A stretch of 63,624 nt of DNA, filler included, from Reticulomyxa filosa (Eukaryota; Protista; Foraminifera), in the NCBI GenBank assembly GCA_000512085.1. It is 26 parts of 26 records of this genome, joined end to end, with 100 filler letters (N's around TTAATTAATTAA, not from the genome) between each part and the next. Parts side by side here need not be neighbours in the genome. Positions count along the whole stretch, not along the records: positions 10,392 to 11,719 come from ASPP01029701.1; positions 11,820 to 13,254 come from ASPP01010463.1; positions 13,355 to 14,418 come from ASPP01003405.1; positions 14,519 to 16,042 come from ASPP01009945.1; positions 16,143 to 17,283 come from ASPP01032702.1; positions 17,384 to 18,951 come from ASPP01004132.1; positions 19,052 to 25,158 come from ASPP01011357.1; 19 more parts are not named here. One strand, 5' to 3'. The notes under the pieces are model-generated. The model searched no databases. It was not told the DNA's origin and was given only the letters and a program-made list of their open reading frames with translations. The translations under genes and the position numbers were made by a program. This document shows positions 11,296 through 23,242 of this stretch, piece by piece (position 1 is the stretch's first letter; each line of letters begins with the position of its first letter).

Positions 11296-11719
11296 GCAGG
11301 AGACTTTGTAAGTGAGTCGGACTCAACTACCTCTCAACATCGCGCGCCAGGAGAATCGTATCCGCTGACGTACCTCTCAACAGTCGCACTTTACACATAT
11401 GGCCGGAGACTTGAAATGATGATTACCTCTCATCTTCGCACTTAACAAAAATATGGCCGGAGACTTATAGGTCAACGCCTACCTCTCAACTGTCACCAAT
11501 ATGTTAAGGCTGGAGACTTGTAAAATCAACACACCTCTCTACTGTCGCCTACATGTAATGCCGGAGACTTGTATCGTCATTCCGAATACCTCTCAACCGG
11601 CTTTCTTTTTTAAAGTTTTGTAATGAGAGCGCCGTGTACATACTCCCGACTACCTCTCAATGCCCTTTTTTTTTATATCTCGCGGGAGACTCATAGTGCT
11701 AAGCACCACCTCTCTACCG
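11296..11719. repeat. Dual-motif array: 8 units of GCCGGAGACTT-[unique 15-25 nt]-TACCTCTCAAC-[unique linker]; truncated by the contig end; probable structured ncRNA or DNA-site array
   Basis: (G)GAGA at 11299, 11350, 11405, 11459, 11512, 11563, 11624 and 11685. Invariant ACCTCTC at 11329, 11372, 11425, 11481, 11533, 11588, 11652 and 11708. Confidence 0.92.
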
Positions 11720-11819
11720 NNNNNNNNNNNNNNNNNNNNNNNNNNNNNNNNNNNNNNNNNNNNTTAATTAATTAANNNNNNNNNNNNNNNNNNNNNNNNN
11801 NNNNNNNNNNNNNNNNNNN

Positions 11820-11855
<36 letters not shown>

Positions 11856-11858
11856 AAG

Positions 11859-13235
11859 TGGAACGAAAAAATTTGGCACTTGGGATGGTGTATTTGTGTC
11901 ATGTCTGTTGAACATCTTTGGTGTGATGATGTTTATCCGATTGGGATTCGTGGTCGGACAGGCAGGATTATGGTATTCGTTTTTGATCATTCTGTTGTCC
12001 ACAACCGTGACGACGCTGACGACATTGTCGATGGCGGCCATAGCGACGAACGGTGAGCAAAGGGCGGGTGGAGCATATTACATGATCAGTCGTACATTGG
12101 GACCCGCCATTGGAAGCGCAGCGGGCGTGTTGTATTATTTCGGAATGAGCGTGGCTGCGTCCATTGATATCATTGGTGTTGTCGAAGCTATGGTTGACAA
12201 CTTTGGTCTTAGCACCAACTCCGTGGCGAATGGTAGGTCTCTCCAAACCTTTCCTCGCAAACACGTACACATATAGCAATTGTATGTTCTGTTGCATGAA
12301 AAGATGTGCGACTGTATGGGATTCTATTGACGTCGTTGTGTTTGGCACTTTCGACCTTTGGAATCGAGTGGGTAATGAAAATACAACTGGTGCTTGTCGG
12401 AGGGTTGGTGCTGGCCATTTTATCTATTTTGATTGGGTCGTTCATTGACCACAGCGGCTCTACATTGCTCGGTGGCCGAGGCTGGACTAATGGCAATTTA
12501 GTTACAAACATGTCACCCCATTTTCGCCGCTTTGATGGAACTGATTACGATTTCTTCCTTTGCTTTGCTTTGTTTTCCGTTTTAAGTCCTATTCTCCATT
12601 CACTTGTCTTACACGTTTCTATGTCTATGTTTTGTGTAAAAAAAAAAAGATTTTGAATATCAGTCCTTGTCCAATCCCATGGGTGTCCTTGTGTTGTTGT
12701 GAACTGTTTGTGAAGCGGCTTGCACCGGAATTATGGGAGGCGTCAATATCAGTGGTGATTTGAAAAATCCGTCTCAAAATCTTCCAATTGGTATGTATTT
12801 TATTCCTTTCTCTTTTTTCTTTCTCTTTCTCTTTGTTCATACAATATAAATCTGATAACAAAAATAAAAGGCACTCTGTGGGCCATCGGAGTTACCTCCT
12901 TTGTATATATGTTTATGGCATTGGCGGCAGCGGCCAGTGTGACATATGATGGACTAATTGGAAACTATTTTTCATTCATTGACGTGAGCTTGTGGCCGCC
13001 ACTGGTGTTTATCGGCCTTTATTCGTCCAGCTTGAGCAGCGCGTTGTGCATGTTGGTTGGGGCACCACGGGTTCTGAAATCAATTGCGAATGATAATCTA
13101 TTGCCTTTTTTGAAAGTGTTCACCAAAGTGAACGCCAAAGGCGAGCCTATTTACGCCTATTTTTTGAGTTTCGCAATTGCCATTGCTTGCATTTTGGTCG
13201 CGGATTTAAACGTCATTGCTCCTTTAATCACACAA
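11859..13235 (+). CDS. SLC12 family cation-chloride cotransporter (internal fragment, 4 exons)
   Basis: KFGTWDGVFVSCLLNIFGVMMFIRLGFVVGQAG, AIATNG...GGAYYMISRTLGP, PACTGIMGGVNISGDLKNPS and GAPRVLKSIA. Introns at about 12233-12303, 12579-12714 and 12791-12870. Confidence 0.93.
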
Positions 13236-13354
13236 GTGTGTGTGTGTGTGTGTGNNNNNNNNNNNNNNNNNNNNNNNNNNNNNNNNNNNNNNNNNNNNTT
13301 AATTAATTAANNNNNNNNNNNNNNNNNNNNNNNNNNNNNNNNNNNNNNNNNNNN

Positions 13355-13397
<43 letters not shown>

Positions 13398-13411
13398 CAC
13401 GTAAAATGAAC

Positions 13412-13866
13412 TAAAAAGTCCAATGGGGTCATCGTATCCAACACATTAAATTGGTCCACCAAAATTCCCATGATCGTATTCACTCGCGTAAGCGGTTCAC
13501 AACTTTCAATAGCTGCGTGTTTTCGAGTGGCTCTGATGACATTATTAAGATACAACTTTCCAATTCGTACAAGATTTGCTTGAACCACAACTCGTAGCTT
13601 TGATGGATCGTTATAAACAGATGCTCTTCATGTGCGGGGCCCTCTGCATCATACTTACCGCTTCTTGGCTTGTTCGCATTCAATATGCGGTCTAAGCGCA
13701 AATAGTCGTGATAATAGCAAACGTCCGGGATTTGCTTTTCTTTGTTTTGGTCTGACGGTCCGTTGTCACTTTGTGGCTGCTTTTCATCTTTATCTACTAA
13801 AGAGTCTCGAGTCGAACTCTTGAAAAATGGGCAACCACCACCTGATGTTGATCCTGTCGAAGACAT
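13412..13866 (-). CDS. TDO2: Tryptophan 2,3-dioxygenase, N-terminal exon (1-nt frameshift near 13490)
   Basis: YHDYLRLDRIL, HEEHLFITIHQSYELWFKQILYEL, then QFNVLDTMTPLDFL in the shifted frame. Confidence 0.92.
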
Positions 13867-14518
13867 TGTTTCCGAGTAAACACAATTAACACTTTTTTTT
13901 TTTGATATCGCCTTTCTTGCTATACAAATTATCAGGTGCAGTTCACAACTTCAGCTACGGGTCTCCCGGTCTGTCGGATCCATTTCCAATGACAAAAAAA
14001 AAAACAATTTCCCTGTTTGTTGAATAATTAAAAATTTTGAAACAACACAACCATTACAAAGGATATGCGCTAAAACAACCAAAACCATTTATTGTGAAAA
14101 TTACACAACTAAGCACGATAACAAACACAAAAAAAGAAACTGATCATGTCTGATAGCACAGCTACTACATACAGATATAGTTCTCCTTTGAACTGCATAA
14201 GCACTTCATATGTATAAGAAAAGCTAGCATGGCACCACACAATGCAATGGGTGATTGCTATAAATCATCAATACTCGAAACAGATAAGCCACGTTCTATA
14301 AATTTTTTGCATATTGAAAAATGATTAATAAATAAATTATAAAGAGATCACAGCATTTGATTTTTTTAGAAATAAAAAAGATATTTAATGATAACAATAA
14401 TGGAATAAAAATGTAGTGNNNNNNNNNNNNNNNNNNNNNNNNNNNNNNNNNNNNNNNNNNNNTTAATTAATTAANNNNNNNNNNNNNNNNNNNNNNNNNN
14501 NNNNNNNNNNNNNNNNNN

Positions 14519-16010
14519 GCCGGCGACTTTTAACCCGAGCGTTCGCATTTGCTGCAGCGCGGTGTTGAGTGAGGACATAGTATCGCCAGTGCGCGGGAGG
14601 GACGGCGCGAGCAGCACGGTGGAATTGCTCAAGTCGGGCAGCAGCACGAATGAAGAGAACAACGTGGAGCTGTTGGAAAATGGGGTCGGCAATTCGCCTC
14701 ACGAACTCAACAACGTCGACAGCAACACGAAGCGAAATATGTCGAGACATAAGCGAGGCATGACGAATGACGGAGGAGGAGGAGGAGGAGGAGAAGATAA
14801 TCGAACGCGATTGATCAATAGTCAGTTCCGCTTGGCAAATGCGTGTCTCAAATGCATTTCCGAATACGTTAGTTATCACGATGTTCATCCCATTTTGCAA
14901 AGGGCTATTTTACCACGACTACTCAAAGCGTCGGGATATCATCATAAAAAATATTTGCTTTATGCAGGTACGTATACATATATATATATATATATAAATA
15001 TATATGTATATATATATATATATATGTATATAAATATATATTCCAATCTTTTTTTTTAGCGCTGGAAACAGCATTGCGACGTCGATTGTCAACACGCACA
15101 AGGCCTTTGAATGATCTCACTATTCGAATTGTCTTGCAATGTCCTTTGAAAGAAAGGCAGGTTCGAAATGAGATACACGAATTGTCACAATTGCTAATTC
15201 AAAATCTGCTATTGCCACAGTACAAGTTGGACAGTTTTTTTTTTTTGTTTTTTGTAGTTTTCGTATGTGTATGTGTTTGTTTGTTTATTTTTGTTTTTGC
15301 GCGTTCGATAAAAACTCATTTCTCACAGACAACAATGACCAACAAACAATGCAGTGTACGTTATGACTCGGAAGATCCGGAGGTGTATCGCACAAACATT
15401 CGTCTATTTGAGAGTCAAATCGGAAAGAAAGAGGCACTTGCCGTGTCGAATATGGAATTTGAAGTTGAGTTTTAAAAAATCAAAAAGTAAACGCAAAAAA
15501 AAAAAAAAAAAAAAAAAGGGGGGAGCACATTTATTTAAAAAAAAAAAAATTTTTTTTTTTTTGAAGTAGGACATTGGCTGTGTAAAATGTAATATGTATG
15601 TTTGGATAGCACAAAAAGTGGCTGTATGCGTGTGTATACAAAGAATGCCAAAACTATATCCCCAATGAGATCTTGAAGGCGTTTGCCGTGACGGTGATGA
15701 TATCGTTTGGCAACATTCGCAATTGGTCGGAAGAGTTGCTCGAAATACTGCCTTTCTTACGCGCGCTGGAAGAGACGGCATTGTCACTGGAGGGAGAATC
15801 CTCCAACCACGAATACGGCCTTGCTCTGCACACTGTCGTTCTGGCTTTGGTCATGTTTTTGGTCCAGCACATGAAACACTCGCGCATCCAGCAAGAGCTT
15901 TGGTCTCGGTGTCAAGAAATACGATTGTATCGACAAAGTCATAGTCAAATGCTTACGTCGTTTGGTTTGGATCATCTCGGCAGGATCGAGTTGGAAGGTT
16001 GCGACTACGT
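14519..16010 (+). CDS. Uncharacterised helical-repeat-like protein, multi-exon internal fragment
   Basis: GC-richer coding blocks (14519-14967, 15060-15220, 15356-15487, 15643-16010) separated by GT..AG AT-rich introns. No family recognised. Confidence 0.55.
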
Positions 16011-16202
16011 ATACATATATATGTACATATATATATATATATNNNNNNNNNNNNNNNNNNNNNNNNNNNNNNNNNNNNNNNNNNNNTTAATTAATTAANN
16101 NNNNNNNNNNNNNNNNNNNNNNNNNNNNNNNNNNNNNNNNNNTATTTTTAAAAAAAATAATTAGGTCTAAATGTTGATTTTTCATGTAGAAAATCAATTA
16201 TC

Positions 16203-17283
16203 ATCATAAGATATCGTTTTAGGCGTTCAGTTTTCTTTGCAACCTACTGTATTTATTTTCTTTTTTTAATTATGAGAATATATAATCAACATGTCAAGTT
16301 AGTTTAAATAATAAAGCAAAATCATAAGTAATGTAAAATATTCAAAAGATAAAGAACATAAGCATTATCCATTTTAGTATTTAAACCTTAAATGACAAAA
16401 AGTCATTGAAACAAAAGGACATTAAAAAATGGAAAATAAAATTCCAAATAAACAAAAAATTTGTGATAGTCAGCGTAACACTTTTTTATGATAGCTTCAC
16501 CAAAGTGCAAACTCATGAAAAAAGAATAATAATCGATTTTATTTATGTCCAAAGAAAGATATTCTCTTCTTGCAAAAATGATAAAAATAATGAATGCAAT
16601 TATGTGAAGGACAATGTTAGAGTGATCTATGGAATGCAGTTATCATCAGATGATTTAGAAAATAACAAAATCAGAAGTCTTTGCTAATCACTCACCTAAT
16701 TTTACATTCTATAAACACTGTTTTTATCATCAAATGAAAATACAGTAATTTGGCCATGTAATAAATTTTCATAAAATAATATTGAAATGAATAAATTGGA
16801 AAATGGAAATAAAATAAATTCATTTAAAACAAACTTTATCAACAAATGAATTGATCACCATCAAGTGTTGAATAATCAATACTGCATACAATATCGATAT
16901 GTTCAGTGAATTTATTAAGTAATTTATTTGGACGATGAATGAAACAAATCAAAAGCGATAGCTAATGATAATAAAGTAGAAGATTGGTTTAATTTTTGAA
17001 TGAATTGTTCATAATCTTGGCATTCTTATATTCCAATGATTTAACAACTTTTCGTGATTAAATAAGATTTATCAATGAAATCTTTTTTTTAATCAATATC
17101 TGCACGATACTTGAGTAATTCTTGTTGATAACCCTTTCCATTTGTTTGATTCGATTATCTTTCAATTGGACTTTTTGTTTTATAAATTGGAATAATTGAG
17201 TGACTAAATCAAAATACAATTTCATATTTGCAATTACATTAAGTTGCAAAGAAAACTGAACGCCTAAAACGATATCCTATGAT
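16203..17283. mobile_element. Segment bounded by 41-bp inverted repeats (possible non-autonomous DNA transposon or inverted copies of a dispersed repeat)
   Basis: 16203-16243 atcataagatatcgttttaggcgttcagttttctttgcaac versus the reverse complement of 17243-17283: 40/41 identical. A diverged copy lies at about 53660-53719. Confidence 0.5.
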
Positions 17284-17813
17284 NNNNNNNNNNNNNNNNN
17301 NNNNNNNNNNNNNNNNNNNNNNNNNNNTTAATTAATTAANNNNNNNNNNNNNNNNNNNNNNNNNNNNNNNNNNNNNNNNNNNNTTAGCTCTTTCTTTCGG
17401 CGCTGTTGGAATTGGATGACGCACCACCATCATCACTGTTTCCAATGTTTCCACTGTTTGAGCCCATGGAAGAGATCTGAGTCTTGCCTGTGCCTGTCGT
17501 CATGGTTGTTGTTGAACGTTCGCTATCACGTTCCAAAATAGAGATACAGCATTGTCAACAAAATCCACTTACGATTACTACTATTGCACACGAAATCAGG
17601 CCGCGCTTTTCCTGTTACGCAAGATATCAAGTGCATACCACAAAATGCTATTACCGCTATCAACCACAGTTTTCGCTTTAATATCGGCATCTGTCTCTAT
17701 ATGCACATATACACGCTTATCCATTATTGTTTTTTTTTATTTCAATAAAAAAAGACCTTGTGTTGTGAGTAGATATGAACACATGTGTAAATTGTCGGAT
17801 TTTTGTGCAGTGT

Positions 17814-18951
17814 TCATCGCATAAAGCACAAGTGAATGTGATATCGCAAATAACCAAAATATCGTAAATGAATCATTGATGTTTGTATCCTTTTTTTCTT
17901 TTCATTGGCTATTTCAAAAGACTTGTTATACTTAGCCCCGGTAAATTGCAATTCCACTCTCTCTTTGATGATGTGCCATCCCGTGTAGAGTTGCAGTGCC
18001 AGACTGAATTCCATTTGAACTGCCCCTACTATTTTTGCTGAAGGATAATCATCTGTAGAGACTTATTCGCCATCAACGTATACATGGACAAGTCTTTTCA
18101 ATTGTTCAGGTGCCACTGTCTTAATATTGCCACACGTCCAGCAGTTCCATTGGGGTGCACTATGTAAGTTCGTCCATATCTGACAACGCGCAAAATTGCC
18201 ATTAGTGATTATAACGAGTAATTCCATAATCAAACGCAGTAAAGCCTACAAACTTTTTTTAAAAAAAAAACAAAAACAAATCCAATGCGTTCTAGTTCCC
18301 CCCAGACTCTCGGAATATTCTTTCTTTGCTTCTTCTTCTCCTTTTTGCCTGTGATATTTGCTTCGTTTCGTATAATTCATCAATAAATTGGGCTACTTGC
18401 ACATAGCGACTCTACGAACGTCGTAATTTGCTCGCCCACTAGTGTTAATATTTTTTAACAACGTTTTCGTCATCTTGTTCATTATCTTCTACTTCTTCTG
18501 TCCATCCAATCGCTGCCACTTTGCGCAAGACCATCAAGCCTTCGTTTTCTTTTATCATGGCAAGTTTGACTTTGTGATCATGCGGCACCAAGATCCAGTT
18601 TGTTCTGGATAATTTGATAGAGTTTGTTCAATTATTCCAATGCTATCACCGAAGCCATCCGATCTCGCCGCCCTTCTAATTAGAGTATTTCCAATAACGA
18701 CCATATCCGAAATTTGAATTAGATTCAACGATGATACCATCATTATCTCCTTCTTTAGTATTGTGCGTATTAGTCGTTCTGCAAATGCTGGATAATGCAA
18801 CGAATACAAGTATTGCATTGCATCTAACAAGTCGTCCGTCATCCCATAGTTGATCTTGGAGACAGTCCAGCGAAGGGTCGTAGCGGCGATCAAATTAGCG
18901 CGCTCTAGCGCTTTTGCGGGATATTTTCCCGTCTTTATTTTTCCACTTTCT
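17814..18951 (-). pseudogene. Degenerate coding-like region with in-frame stops; family unknown
   Basis: Protein-like ORF pieces (18555-18893, 17814-18014, and a WNCWTCG-containing piece near 18130-18150) are interrupted by stops. Confidence 0.3.
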
Positions 18952-19051
18952 NNNNNNNNNNNNNNNNNNNNNNNNNNNNNNNNNNNNNNNNNNNNTTAAT
19001 TAATTAANNNNNNNNNNNNNNNNNNNNNNNNNNNNNNNNNNNNNNNNNNNN

Positions 19052-19093
<42 letters not shown>

Positions 19094-19237
19094 AACAAGG
19101 ACAACAAATTTTTACATTTTTTTGCTGAAAGTAAGTGGACAACTCATACTTTTTCGAATATGTACTGTGCGTGTGTGTGTATGTGTGTATATGTTGTATG
19201 GACAAATCCTTTCCAAATGTTGCAACACATTGGACAG

Positions 19238-20301
19238 TGGCCATTGAGAACAACAGCTTAGACTTGGAAGCAATAAAAAGCGTGACGCGTCAACTGCTGC
19301 GAGCGTTGGTGAATTTGCACGCGATGGACATAGCGCACCGCGATGTGAAACCGGAAAACGTACTGGTGATAGCAGACAAGCAGGCGGGTAGAAACAACAG
19401 TAGCTACCAAAATGAGGACTGCAACGAAAAGAACGGGAACGAGAATGCGAACGAGAACAAGAACGGGAACGAGAACGAGGGCGAAGACAAAGACGAAGAT
19501 GAAAATGAGAAAGAATGGTTGCAGATCAAGTTGATTGATTTCGGGTCTGCTGTGTGCTTGTCGACGAGCAAAGCCACACAGTGGTTTCCGTCGCTGAATG
19601 ACTGGGTGGGCACTTTAACATATATGTCCCCCGAGAGATATGGAAGCCGTAGCCTTGCTTATGGTGATGACTATCTGTATGACTACGAAGATGACTGCTG
19701 CGAGTACAACTACAATTATTGCTGCAGCCATAACGGTGATGATGGTGTTGGTAATGGTTGCAATTGTAGCTGTGGTTGTAGTGCGAGTTTAGGTTCTGGT
19801 TCTGGTTGTGGTTGTGGTTGTGGTAGTGATGGCGATGTAGACGAAGAAAGGAAAAGAAAGAGAGGAGAAGAGTTTTGTAATCAAGAGAAAAAATCAGAAA
19901 ATTGTAGACAAAAAGAAAACGAAGAAGAGGCGAAAGAAGCAGAAGAAGAAGAAGAAGAAGAAGGGCGTGATATGCAGGAATGGCAAATGTTTTCGTCCGA
20001 TGTATGGAGTGTTGGAGTGATATGCTACGAAATGGTATACCAAAAACGCTTGTTTGCTATCAACACTCCTGTTCGAATATTGGAAGAACAAATTACAAAG
20101 GGATTGTGGAATTTTCCATCCAATTGTCGGCATACATCGGCTCTTGCCCAACACTTCATTCAGTCGCTGCTGACTATTGACCCCGCTAAGCGCTGTACCG
20201 CTTCCCATGCTTTGAAACATCCTTTCCTTAGTGAGCGTAATGACTCTCTCTCTGCGTGGCAAGTTTGCTGTGATACTTATGCTCCACGGGGTGCTAAATA
20301 A
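19238..20301 (+). CDS. Ser/Thr protein kinase C-lobe with two large low-complexity insertions (5' partial)
   Basis: HRDVKPEN, DFG, GTLTYMSPE, DVWSVG and DPAKRCTASHALKHPFL. Probable acceptor (ggacag) near 19237. Confidence 0.9.
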
Positions 20302-21869
20302 ACTTTTTCAATTATTTTTTTTTTTTTTTTTTTTTAAACGTTTTTGTGATAAAATTTTTCCTTCTCTCTTTCCTTCTTTTCTTTCTTTGTTTCTTCATTT
20401 TTGTGTATTTTTTCTTTTTGCATTTTTGCTATTGCTTTGCTTTTCATTTGGTTTGTTCTGTTTTGTTTTGTTTTGTTTTGTTTTGTTTTGTTTTTATAAA
20501 ATTGTCATTATTATTTTATTTGTAAGTAGCACTATAAAAGCCAAAGTAAATTGGACTAGCCGGTTCTTTTTCTTTCTTAAATTGTTTGGTTGGAGTTATT
20601 AAATTTCTTGAAAAAGAAATAAAAATAAAAAATATCTTTTCCTCAAAATATTTATTTTTTTATTACCCTTTTTTGTTTTGTATTTTGTGATTGGTTTGTT
20701 CTCTCTTTCTCCTTATTTTGGTCAACCCAAACAACCATGTCCAAACAACAAAACTTTTTTTTGTAAGAGCTTTTTGTTTTTTGTGTTACAATTGTTAATA
20801 TCTCCATTACTTTTTTTATTGTTATTGTTTGTTTTAGTTTCTTTTTTTTGTGGAAAATGAGTCGCTCAGACGATGCGATTTTTTTTGGTCTAGTTGCTTA
20901 TTTGTTAGTATTGGTTGTTTTTTTTCCCACTTAAAAATTTGAGGAGGAAAAAAAATAAAAATAAAAATATTCATGAGGTTGTTTGGAATGTAAAATTGTT
21001 AAGTGTTTAATGTTTGGTTGTCGTCCTTGTTGTTTTCTGCTGCTCACTTCGAAATGAGGTGGGATAATTAACAACATTGTCATTGAAGGGGAGAAAATAT
21101 TAAGCCATATTTATTCCTTTAGAAAAACTTCATATTTTATCGCTTTTTTTTGAACAAGGTAAAAACCAATCACCGCTTGTGTTGTACTTTATTAGAAAAA
21201 AAACTATTCGTCAATTAAAGTTCTCTAAGTTTTGTGGTTTGGTCATTTTTATTCGTACATTCGGACAACTACTTTGCTTTTGAAATAATTCAATCCAAGG
21301 CCACGTGTCTCTAGGGATAATTCATAATCATTTTTTTGTTACCGTCGCAATCTTGTGACGTTTCAATTGCACATGCTGTTCTTGAAAAAAAACAGAAGTG
21401 AAAAGACAAAATAGCCAGAGAGTTAGCAAAATAGTAACATTTCGAACAGAGTCGACAAGAAAAGAAAGAAAAGGGCCAGAAAGTTTTAGGACCAAGTCCT
21501 ATCCTTGTCAAATTCTCATTTTCAACAAAGAGACAGCCATATTAATCATCAAAAGTTGCTTACAATACTTTTTTAATATAACTTTATTCATTGTTTGTTC
21601 TTCTTGATTAACACTTTTTTGGATGTCCACAACTTTTTGTACTTTGTTTGAGTTTTATCATTCAAAAATTTTGCAATATTTTGTAAAAAATGTTTATATA
21701 ATCCACAAACTATTAACTTACTAAACTACTAATCACATTCCATCAATACAACACACGTATAAAAAAAAAAGAAGAAGGCGGAAAAGGAAGATACGTCATA
21801 AGTCTCATGTTCGAAATATAAATACCTGCTTTTGTTTTTTGCTGCTTTTTGTTTATTTTTTCTCTATTG

Positions 21870-23242
21870 ATGCAATTTTTGGTACGTTCAGATCGAGTCG
21901 TCAGTGTTTATTGGGCTCAAAGTGTGTTGGTGGTGTTGACGACAGTAGGGATACTGGTGACTGGCCTATATCATTACTTATGTGTATTTGCCGCAATTAC
22001 TGATCAAGAAATCTTGTGCCGAGTTTTGGGTCACAAGAATCTCAATAACAGTAGTTTCAATCATAAACAACAGAACACAGAAAACGACGGGAAATCATTG
22101 TTTCAGTTGACAGCTGTGCGAGAGAGTAGAGGGGAGGAACGAAAGAAAAGTAGTTGGATTCACATTTTTGTTATAGCAAAAAAAAAAAGGGGGGGGGGGA
22201 TAAAAGACAATGTTGGGTATATCTTTGTACTTAAAATAAAAAAAATGTTTATTATATGAATGTGTATAATGACGTCGTTATACGTCTATTCTATGCGCAT
22301 TGTGCGTATCTCGCAGAAAGATTCGTGAATCAAATTACTATGACATTCAACAATTGTTGGTATTCTTTACATGCGCCGGCTACGAAGCAACCTCAATTTG
22401 GACATGTTTGAACGCTTGGGATTTGATCCGAATTGATTGTAGTGTATACCTGTCGATTGGGTATGCCGGGGGTACATTCGCCAAAGCTTGCTTATATAGC
22501 ATATTGATCCGTCGCACTGCAACAGCGTTCCAAGTTTTTTTTTTTTTTTGATTGTTCAATATAACTTAAAAAAAAAAAAACAAAAAACAAATTGACCAAA
22601 AAAAAAAAAAAAACATGATCGTTGAAGGAAACAGTATTTCAACCAAAACGATGGCAACTCCAGGCACTTCAGACATGGAATTGGTTGTTTATGATAGGAG
22701 TAGTCATGCTCTCCTCCATGTATTCCGCTCCAAAATATGCCGAAGTAACGGAAACACCTTGGAGGCATTGTTTGACCAACAACGTCTTTGGGTTTGTCAT
22801 TCACGCCATTGCGGATGCAGGATTTGCATTATTATTATGTTACATGTTTGTGTGGAGACTTATGGCAACCTATAAAAGAACAAACGTACATATTGATGTG
22901 GCCATAACTTGCAATACTCCAACAACCTCGTCCACTGTCAGAACTAGCACTGGAGCCACTCCTGCAGCTTCTATTGTCACTGCAGTAACTGCTGGTTCGT
23001 CGCAACAAGAAAATCAAAGATTACGGTTTGTTGCTGTGAAGACGACTCTGTTGGCCATTGTTTGTGTCATTAGCACGCTCGTTGGCGAAATTGTCTATGC
23101 TTTTTCTTCACTTGGCGCGGGTATTTACTTGGATATGTTTGTTCAGGTTTTGTGCTTGGTTTTGCTTTACAAATTGCATGAAAGATCATATCATTTCTTG
23201 TGCGGCAAATGTCACAACTTTTTAACGCGTTGCATTGAATGA
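21870..23242 (+). CDS. Orphan 7-transmembrane (GPCR-like) protein, 3 exons
   Basis: ORFs 21849, 22300 and 22622 are joined by introns (about 22116-22320; 22534-22627, in frame). Hydrophobic helices. KTTLLA motif before TM6, compare KTAVLA in gene 2259-3601. Confidence 0.7.

Noticed and set aside
11296-11719. Canonical CRISPR array
   Set aside because: No single 23-47 bp repeat, spacers too short and uneven, and no cas gene visible. It also lacks the fixed-length spacers and box C/D motifs of TIGR arrays.
11296-11719. Glycine or cobalamin riboswitch tandem, or self-cleaving ribozymes (GGAGA...CUCUCA; GCCAGGAGA)
   Set aside because: Lacks the CCGAAG and CAGG core of glycine aptamers and the rest of the B12 element. 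No hammerhead (CUGANGA/GAAA), twister or hairpin-ribozyme core was seen.
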